DNA of 64,000 nucleotides. Origin: Ruditapes philippinarum (lineage: Eukaryota). A model generated the notes under the pieces. It did no database searches. It worked only from the letters and a program-made list of their open reading frames with translations, and was not told where the DNA came from. Made by a program: the position numbers and the translations under genes. The DNA lies in assembly GCF_026571515.1 (NCBI RefSeq), contig NW_026858277.1:248001-312000 (forward strand), written 5' to 3'. Below are positions 54,681 through 64,000 of the stretch, piece by piece (position 1 is the first letter of the stretch; each line of letters begins with the position of its first letter).

Positions 54681-54818
54681 ATAGACACTGTAGACTTTAC
54701 AGGTAAAATACAAGCAGACCGATTGACATGTGTTAAACAGACAGACATAAACGGACAGACAGACAGACAGACAGACATACAGACTTGATGTTTCTTCTTC
54801 TTTCTTATTCCATTCAAA

Positions 54819-54857
54819 CAGGGTCTTTCAAATAGAAATAGAATTTGAAAGACCCTG
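54819..54857. mobile_element. 39-bp TIR-only mini-element
   Basis: Perfect 15-bp inverted repeat CAGGGTCTTTCAAAT/ATTTGAAAGACCCTG with a 9-nt spacer, flanked by the direct repeat ATTCAAA. Confidence 0.7.
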
Positions 54858-57800
54858 ATTCAAAACAAAAGAACAACAACAAAAAACAATAAAAAAACAA
54901 CATTAGTGTATTGTATCCACGTATCTATCATCACTGTGTAAGATTAGATATGCATAAATAAACAAATACTGATTTTCTGATGTCAAAATTCTATGATCGT
55001 AAGAAATCACTTTGTATAAATTGATGTTGAAATTAGAACACTTACGAAATTAGCCGAGTAGTATTACTAAAAATGGCGTGAACACTCTAACAAGCCCAAC
55101 TAAACAAACAACCCGTCACCCCCTTAAATGACTCATGATCTGAAATACAATCCATCGGAGACAGTATTAGTATATAGCCATAAATAATGAGGCGCAAATC
55201 GTAATTCAAGAATGCACTATTCACATGAAAGGAATGCGTTATCAACCGATTGATTCCTACATATGCTTCTGCCGTGAATATATTAAACACGTTTCCATTA
55301 AACAAAGTAATTAAAAGGTAAATAAAACGCCCTCATCCAGTTTTTAAAGTGATAAGGGTCGACCTTCCGCTTACTGTTTGTTTTACGCTGGTTCAAAAAT
55401 AGAATTTTCACACATTTTGGTTGTAAATCATGACCTCGGGGAATACTGGGTGGATTTGTGTGCGCAGAGATGAAGCTAATAGACTGATATGCCTCCTACA
55501 CCACCCTTCAATATTCTCATTAATTATGCATAACACTTCACTCAATCAAGTGGGTTACTTTTTTTTTGGAAACATATGTTTTATTGTATAGGAAAACATC
55601 GGTGTCCTGGAAATTATTTCCGTCCCATTTTTTTTTACAATGAATTAATAGATGCAAAATTATCTCACGCAGACGCTGACGTCATTTCGTAAATAAAGAG
55701 CACGAAATATTCGTGCATATTAATTTACATTGATTCATTTATATTTGGTTATTTTAATTAGTTTAATTATACGGAACGCTGTAGTTTGCCGATATAATCG
55801 CGTGCGGTTTTATTTAAGGCCGGTGTTATTGAAAGTTGTAAATCTAATCCATCAAAACCCGCTGTTTGGGGTCAACTGCTTTAAAGATATGCAGTATCAG
55901 CAAATATCATCTAGGCAGTTACAAAACAGGATCTTATTTTATTACTGATCCACAAAATTTAATGTTTTGTCCTGTCGGCCGTCTTTGTTTTCTTCTCTTA
56001 TGTGTGTTTGTTTGCTTGTTTTTCGATGAAATGCATACCAATTTTGAACATATGTTTTTTGTGAAAACGTTACAAAAATCGTTGTGTGTATAGGCATGAT
56101 TATATTCGTAGGTCCATTAAAATTATACACGGAAATATATGTAAACTTATTTGATTCACATCCAAATCCCATCAACTGGATGAAACCTGATATTAACGAC
56201 AACCTTAAATCAATGTAAGTCATAAATTCCTCTATTAAATTTAAAATAAACAATACAATCTTAGAATAAATTCAATTTAAAAGAGCGGGGATTCACTTAT
56301 TTCCGTCCTCGTATATAGTATATCTTTAGAAACTATTTATCATAGTATATCTTAAGAAACTATTTATCAGATTAATGATCTTTAAAAGTATATTTGATGT
56401 CAACATCTAGCTAGGAATGTCTGCGCTTTCAATCAGCTAATGTTGTGAATAGAATCCCCATCAAAAATGTATTAAAATGACATCATAATTTACATTTCCC
56501 TCAGTTTCATTCTTCGCTCTGTTATAAAACAATTTTCCCTCTCGTAATTAAAAGAATCCACAGAGGTATGTGGGTGGGGTGGCGGTTAGGGAGAGAGAGT
56601 CGGTAGAAAAATAATTCACGGAGGTCTATGGGCGCGGTTGCGGGCAGGGGGTGAGAGAGAAAGAGACGCTTTACATGTTGTATGCCTTTTTATATTGTGT
56701 CGGTGTGTCTTAAAATATATAATAATTTGATTAATACGTAATTGGAAATATAAAATTAAGTATGATATTATAATCACAGTTGTTGTTGTTACAATGCACC
56801 AATTTCATTTATTCTATATAATATAACATATAAGATTAAACGATAAATGTTTAAAGCTGTGGAGATATCAACCACAAAAATATAAAGACCGATGATAATC
56901 TGCTGTTGTGTTTCTTTTCAGTAATGATAATCATAATTTCATGATAATTTTACTGTCTATTTGTAATGATAATGATCATGATAATGTTGATTCGGAATTC
57001 GTTCCTGTTTTATACTTGGCTTGTGCTCGTATTTCTTAAAAGAAATGTTACGAAGATGATTGTCTTTTTTTTTATAATTGTCATTGTTGTTGTTGTTTTT
57101 GATGATGATGATGATGATGTTGTTCTAATAGTTTTTTTTTGACGAAGTAGTATTAGTAGTGTTTGACGTTGTTAATAAAGATGATTAAAATGTTGTTGAT
57201 GATGCTGATTTTGAAACGTTTAAAATCGACTTTACATTATGATTCAGTGCCGGAAATAAAACAAGTTATTTCCTTGAATAACCTATGACTTAAGAGTGCT
57301 AAGGTAATAAATCAATATTTTCTAGAAAGTTTCATTCATAAATATGACTCAGATGGTACACAAGAATGGTTTCGCTGACTGGTTAATATGACAGAGTCTT
57401 TGGGGGATTAATTTATTGCAGGTCACATACATGAGTCAGGTGTACTGATGTGTGTTTAAAAAAACAAAAGAGTTCCAAGCCTACCCGCGCTGACTAACCC
57501 TTACGCAACAGCAATAACAGCGCTATTGATTAACTACCATTAATATAGAATATAGTTCTCATTAAAACTCTACATATTTCGTGTCAAATTTTAATATTTA
57601 ATCGAACTAACATTAAAAAAAAGGTATGTTCTTGAACGTTGCACAAGGCGCTGTAAGCAGCCCGCTTCCAGTGGCGAGAAAAAATATCTGATAGAATGTG
57701 GTAAATATGCCTCAATGAAAAACAGTGAGGCCTATTATTTCAGGCTCATGTATTTAATCAAGGAACTTATGAATGGAGCAACGCTTGTAATACAAGAAGC

Positions 57801-58481
57801 TACATTTCTGAGTAGAAATAGATTGCTCGACTTTAATTGCTTCTCTTGTCTGTTTCAGAATAGGCGTTTCCAAACGTCTTCATGATTAATTGATCAACTT
57901 GCATTCGGCGTGGGAGTTTTGGATTCAGCCAATCAGAATACAGCTACTGGAACTGAAATTATTTGGATATGAATGCTGAGAGATTCGGCTCGGCATCATA
58001 GATTCTGTGACAATCGACAGATATAAGAATGTTTGTTTATTATCAAGTGAAACAAGATCGGTGGATGAAGTAAATTTATGAATAGTATTGATCAAGAACA
58101 TGGTATAAAAGTATTAGAGTTTCTGTATTTATTAAACATTTCATGAGAAACTTTGCTCCTGGACTGGACAGCTGATAAAAGTTGTAGCAGGTTTTTTGTT
58201 GTTGTTGTTGTTGTTTTACATTCGTCAGTGAAATAAACTTTAAAAGATTGATAAAAAAAAGTAGATTATACTGATAAAAAAGTTTGGTGTGTGAAATTTG
58301 GAACTTTAAAACATATAGCGCAAAGACGGATCCCAATTGTCAAACATGCACCGGAGCCACCCCCGGCAAGATAAGGTCAGCCATGAAGTCCAGAGGGTGC
58401 GCTCAGCCGCTAGTCACGCGACTCGAACCTGAGTTCACGTGCTATCTACGGGGCTGTATTTATCCTCGATCGACTCATGCC

Positions 58482-58508
58482 ATGCTACTGAACTGCCCGC
58501 TATTTAAG
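58482..58508 (+). CDS. Alternative candidate first coding exon (MLLNCPLFK, phase 0) for the Trunk-like gene
   Basis: gccATG...TTT AAG|GTATGC, in phase with the exon at 60240. It lies in a GC-richer patch with a CCAAT box (cagccaatcag, ~57927). The donor is weaker than the one at 44553. Confidence 0.2.
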
Positions 58509-60239
58509 GTATGCATTTTACTCTCAACATTGTTATGTCGTGTCACTCTTGACTTTGTAAAAACAATCACGAATTTTCTAGCATGTTTTTTTTATAAATC
58601 TTCCAGTTACTTCAAACAGAGAGCAAAGCAAAAACAAACTTTGTTATTGTATGTACTTATTTTACTCGACTTTTATATCGAAAGTGCTTAAAGAGTGGCT
58701 CGCTATCGGGTAAAAAAGCATGTGTGTTTTGTTCAACCGTCTTGTAGTAACAAGATACTTCAAAACAAAACGGACAAGGAAAACTCTTGTCTTACATTTA
58801 AAATGTTTTGCTGTGTTTTTGATAAATTTATTCATTTTTAGGCATAATAAAACTCAAATATTTCAAGTGTCACGTGACCTTAAAAAAGAAATCGGTTAAT
58901 ATTTCTTAAAGTAATTATTCTTAGTTTATTTTTTTTTCTAAAATTATGTTTGTTTGTTTTTCCATATTGAAACATATCAGACTTTCGATATCTTTTGTTA
59001 ATTTTTTAGAAAATGATTTTAAAAAAGAAATGTAAAAGAACTATCAATATTATAATTCCACACCAGGTCAATCTGTTTCGATTTAGATAAAAATTAAACA
59101 ATTTAGGGGAGCAATTGAACTGCTTGAAATAGAATTAAGTATGCCGAAATGTTTAAAAAAACGGGACATTTTTTCATGACAGTTTTTAGGCCATAAAGTG
59201 GTTCGAAAGTCGTAAAAACTGAATGAGCCGTTGTTTTTCTATGAAATATTCTATCGGGCGAATCAATGAGCAGGGCGTCTGGGCAAGACTGTAATCTGGT
59301 TTTATTTCTGTGCTGTTAATTGTGTTACCCAAAATAGATTAAACAACATAAAAAGTATTGAATGTCGTTAAAATGCGCAGCTCACGAGCTGTTAACATTA
59401 TTTGCTTATTGGAATAAAGCCTTTAATTTGATCTTTAAAATGAATAATGCACTGTTTGTATACATCATAAACTGGTCAAAGTTGAATGAAGCTTCTCGCG
59501 GTACTTAAACAAAAACTGGATATAACATTCCAAACTGTTTGAATGCACACAAATATGGACTTTTATTTTCGATAAGAAACAAGGGGGGTTTACTTTTTTT
59601 TAATGTTTACATGAGATGTAAGACCATGCTATCGGCTTGTTTGGTATATAAATCATTGTTTTTTTATTGAACTAATCTAATCAGTCAAGTTTTATGTGTA
59701 AGGGAAAAAAAAACATTTTATCGACAAATTAATAATAATTTTGTTATTGATAAAAAATTCCTACTGTAATGCAAAATACTCTCACTCTTTCAACATAAAC
59801 TAAATCATATATAGCATTCGCTGATTTATTATCCATTAAGATTATCAAAATTCTGATGGAGGTACAGTTTCATGATAATTAGAAAGAGAAACATAGAAAT
59901 GTTCTGTTATAGCGCTCATGTTAAGCGTTTCCTAAAGGTCCTTTGAGAGGGTGCGTTATTGAATGACCATATCATGATAAACATTCTGATGCATTACTGA
60001 CTTTTCTAGAATACTCGTATTTTTCCCCAGAAAACATTAATTAAGAAACGCGACAAGTATAATATCCACATGGAATTTGTACTTCAAACTTACTTCTGGA
60101 ATCAAACTTCTGAAGACGGAAACCCCAAAATTTGCCCCCAAAATGTTTAGGAAAATTTTTAATTTCTGATTACAAAAATAATATTAAAAAATTTTAACAA
60201 CTTTCATTTATAAAAAAAGGGAATTTTTTACTTTTTCAG

Positions 60240-61103
60240 GTACGAGGATCCCGTAAACTGTTAATTACTATTTTATACATCATTCTTCTGTCGAGTCCGA
60301 CATTTGCTCATCCACTAGAACAAAAACGAGACAAGCAAATGGACGGTCCGGAGACTACTGTAAGTGAAGATGGAAATAAGATTACTTTTCATACGACGGG
60401 TTGTCGTGCTTTGACTACTGAAGAGTTACGTACCCTTATGGGTGGAGCTTTTGACGAAACAAAGATGGCATACGATGATGAAAGTATGAAACGGAGTTCG
60501 TCTTTACAGTCTGTGATAACTGAAAACGATAACGATGATATCGATGACGATATTGGTAATTATTTAAACGATGAAGCAGATATTGAAGAAATAAGTGATA
60601 ATAAAGAAAGTGAAGGTACCATAAGTGTTCAAAGTAGAAAATATATGAGACGGAAAAGGGACGCAGACGAAAATAGAAACTCGATAAATGATAACGCATT
60701 CCTTTACCAAAATTTGCTTCATGACTCAATTTCGAAACGAAAATCTCGGCAAAAAAGGAGTAATAGTTTTGGAAAGTTTCATCCGGCTTGGGAATGTAAA
60801 AAAGAGAAAAAATGGCTTCATATGAAAGAAGGCTATTTTCCAACACGAATTTTTGATGGTTATTGCGTGCAAAAATCATGTTTCTTCGGAATGTATACTT
60901 GTAATGAAGTAAATTATAAAATCAAAGTTTTAAAAAGGGACCCAAGTGACGCGTGTCGACCACGGCCAATGACTGGCAACATGACAACATATGAGGAAAC
61001 ATGGACATTTATACGCCAAACCGTAACAGTGGCGTGCGAATGCGGAACGCCATCTTCAAGATCTAAAAACAGTAAGAAATCGAGAAAGCGTAAGAAAAAA
61101 TAG
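60240..61103 (+). CDS. Main coding exon of a secreted Trunk/PTTH/Noggin-like cystine-knot growth factor precursor (~288 aa with the initiator Met from an upstream exon)
   Basis: Strong acceptor ttttttactttttcAG at 60238-60239, with the exon in phase 0 and in frame with ORF 60339-61103. The extension reads VRGSRKLLITILYIILLSSPTFA/HP (signal peptide). The protein has the motif CRALTTEELRTLMGGAFDETKM (Trunk/Noggin-like C..L..LG.AF...M), an acidic pro-region, and furin-type sites RRKR and RQKR. Its C-terminal domain is WEC....W......FP.....G.C....C..G.Y.C......KVLKR....C...E.W......V.CEC. Stop TAG at 61101-61103. Confidence 0.88.
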   Translation, partial: VRGSRKLLITILYIILLSSPTFAHPLEQKRDKQMDGPETTVSEDGNKITFHTTGCRALTTEELRTLMGGAFDETKMAYDDESMKRSSSLQSVITENDNDDIDDDIGNYLNDEADIEEISDNKESEGTISVQSRKYMRRKRDADENRNSINDNAFLYQNLLHDSISKRKSRQKRSNSFGKFHPAWECKKEKKWLHMKEGYFPTRIFDGYCVQKSCFFGMYTCNEVNYKIKVLKRDPSDACRPRPMTGNMTTYEETWTFIRQTVTVACECGTPSSRSKNSKKSRKRKKK

Positions 61104-61129
61104 AAACAGATCAAGGGGTTAGATGATGC

Positions 61130-61135
61130 AATAAA
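61130..61135 (+). other. Candidate polyadenylation signal AATAAA (further ones at 61506, 61803, 61890)
   Basis: AATAAA hexamers downstream of the stop codon. They are common by chance in AT-rich DNA. Confidence 0.25.
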
Positions 61136-64000
61136 ACGGGTTTTTATTTTAAATATACTACGATAATTCCCCCCAACAAAAACCCAGTAACTTTTCCCAG
61201 TTTACAAGTGTTCAGACTAAATTACCGACGAATTTCACAATTTATTACGTGATGTTTAATTTTTACGAGAATAGATTTTCGGTATTTCCGGAATGAATAT
61301 AAACCAAAAAGAATTTTTCCGTACTCATTGTAAGTTATGTGGTTGCGGCGAGATTGTGATGCGCGTTTTAAAACGGCAAATTCTCATCCAGAGGTTAGAA
61401 AAATCCAATGATTATCTCCCTTTTATGACACAAATTATTCATCAGGTTTTGGCTGATAATCGTGTAACAATGTGACATTTTTGAAGCACATGTGATATAA
61501 CTTATAATAAAGGCATTCCTTATGCATTCCACGGTAATTGTTGGAAAATGTTACGCCATAATTACACATAGAGTCAATTGTTCACTCTAAACGACTGAGC
61601 GCTTGAACATTTTTTGAATATTTGGCCAGTAGAAATGAACACAAATTATATGTGGAGATTAAACATAAAAACGGGACGAAAACCGTCGACATAATGGTTC
61701 TAGTATTTTGTTTTCAATATTTGTGTATACCTTGTTACGTTGCATATTTAAATTATTGTTGTATTACTATTTCTATACTGAAAGTTATAAAAGTACAAAA
61801 AAAATAAATTTGAATCATGAGTACGATGTATGTCTTTTTTGTATAATTTACTTAACCACTTCCGTCGCATTAACATATGCTACACTTTTAATAAAAGATT
61901 GCACATATTTAAGTGATATGTACTCAATTAGAAATACAGAATATTGAATCGGCTGAAATATTAAAAAGATATCGTTATATGATGGTCAACACGTTGCCAT
62001 TTTTGTTAAAGAGGGTTTTTGTTTGTTTTTTTTTTTTACTTCAAACTCCAAGAACGTTAACTCTTCCACTGCTGACGTTATGTAATTGATATGATAATAT
62101 ATATAATGCTTTGAATTCGGAAAACAGCCAGTAATAAAATGTCTAATGACATGAAATATACAAGTTGGACTGACCATGACCATGGCATAACAGCGGGTGT
62201 TTCTACATTTTCATAATTTCATGTTAAATTCTATTTAAGTCGGTACTAGGGAGCTTAGATTGTAGAGCTTGCATTAACCACTACCGTCCATAAACAGACG
62301 TTATCAAGCCCAGCCTGCAACATTTTCCTTATTTGATCAGTACCTTGATACATTAAAGGGACTCCTCTGATGTATTTTGACATAACTGGACTGGAAATAA
62401 TTTTTCGAGATAAATATTCCATTTGATGTAGATCTAGACCAATAACTTGCGTGCAGAATTCCATATGCATTGCTCACTCCTTTTTTCCAGAACAAATATT
62501 CTAATTGTGAGAAATGACCCGAAATTGAATTGCATTGCAACACTTTTCACTCAATCAGGCTGTGAAAAGCACAAAAATACGATTTCCATTTATTTTTGAG
62601 CATATTTCTTTATTGTCTGTTGCATATATTTCTGATATAAATGACATAGTTGTACTATGAACAAATTATTTTATTGTCATTTGTTTAGGCTTTTGAACCT
62701 CAGTGGAGTTCCTTTACAAGGATTCAGGTCGGTTCCTCATAACGATGAAGAAAATTTATGCTTTAGCTAAATGCTATGTTCCATAACGTTACAATTTTAT
62801 ATAAAAAATACAAATCTTTTTGGTGATATCTTTAATATCAAAGATGTGTGAGCCAATAGTTATTCAGTCTTATATCAAAGTTAAAATATTCCTGCATTTT
62901 TTTATGTTTGTTTTTTCACAGTATCATAGTTTGAAATCAGAAAGCTTACTGTGCTCTTATGACGGTTATGTCATATTATATTAACAGTTGCTGCATCTTG
63001 TACAGTAACAATAAAAATACATGATATACATGTTTTAGTGATGTTATAATGTCAGACGGTTGTATCCAACCCATAGAATGGCACATAATTGCGATTTATT
63101 GCTGGCCACAACTGCGTAATATACACGACTCGATCTACAGATATAGAAATAATAGGAGAAGCCATACGAAATATGACGGGAAGTATTGCCAATGTATTTT
63201 AGATTCATGCCAAAAGTCGGTATAGCTCACAGTGAAATCATTTGTCTTTTTAAATGTCAAGACCATATTCGAATACTTTATGTTACATTTCGACTAGAGA
63301 TATTCTGTATATCAAAATAATGTATTACACTATTATAACTATAACTGGTGTAATATTAAGTTGAGGTGTCATGAGTTTTTTTTAACATAAAACTAAGTGG
63401 TTCAATGTGTAACTTACAAAAGTGAAGGTCTAGCTCAAACAATTCAAATGCAATCATAGTGTTTAAGGTAGTCTATGGTAGCAGCTTCAATACTTTGTCT
63501 ATATTACCAGTACATAGTCAGAGGAGCCTGTCCCACGAGTCTATTTTCATTTGGCAGCTTAAATGTATAATTTCTATATCTAAATCCTCACACAGAAGCA
63601 CCTTGTCCCCAGATCCTAATGTTCTATAATAAAAAGAACAACTCCTACGTAGGAGATAAAAATGTATGATTAGGGAGTTATTCTTTTTTATAAAACGGAC
63701 GCTTCCGTACAATCGATAGTTCCGAACTCTAAGACGGACAAGTTTTTTCACACAACTGAATAATAGTTTGAAGCATTACTTTGTCTACTAAATTAGCTTC
63801 TTTGTCTAAAGAGACAATATATATATTATTGTAATAAATTTCACGTTTTCAAGGTAATTCGCTCTGATACATGTTTCTCATCTATTCATATGTAATAAAA
63901 AACACCCTTTAAAATATAAATAATTATTTAAAGGAATTTGGTTTAAAATTGGGGGCCCCTTTTTTCATATTTAATATGGGTGGCATAAAGCAAACATTCT

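Noticed and set aside
56560-56665. G-rich duplicated segment, possible G-quadruplex
   Set aside because: The G-runs are irregular, and it is explained by a short degenerate tandem duplication and low complexity.
58284-58691. 135-aa ORF
   Set aside because: Non-ATG start and no recognisable domain. Only a 9-codon part is kept as a weak alternative exon.
60436-61114. Antisense ORFs 60436-60879 and 60914-61114
   Set aside because: Shadow frames of the real + strand exon.

Overview
AT-rich, repeat-dense eukaryotic DNA with one assembly gap (13023-13176). The repeat families suggest a lophotrochozoan, probably a bivalve mollusc (inference). Only one protein-coding gene is well supported: a + strand secreted cystine-knot ligand of the Trunk/PTTH/Noggin-like family. 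Its main exon is 60240-61103 and extends 33 codons upstream of the ORF-track Met to encode a signal peptide. The best start-codon candidate is a lone ATG ending an exon 1 at 44550-44552, behind a TATA box at 43990, which implies a 15.7-kb intron. The rest of the window is non-coding: eight copies of a 235-bp palindromic MITE with GAG...CTC ends and mostly AWWT target duplications, other MITEs, tRNA-derived SINE remnants and several minisatellites. The most unusual item is a ~250-bp insertion (40942-41193) flanked by a 10-bp direct repeat. It carries two divergent minimal type I hammerhead-ribozyme motifs (U3-A8 variant) of the kind found in Penelope-like elements. Other oddities are 5-bp and 14-bp target duplications of the MITE, a 39-bp TIR-only element, and a satellite array that steps from monomer to dimer to deleted dimer. 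Almost all short ORFs in the supplied track are spurious.
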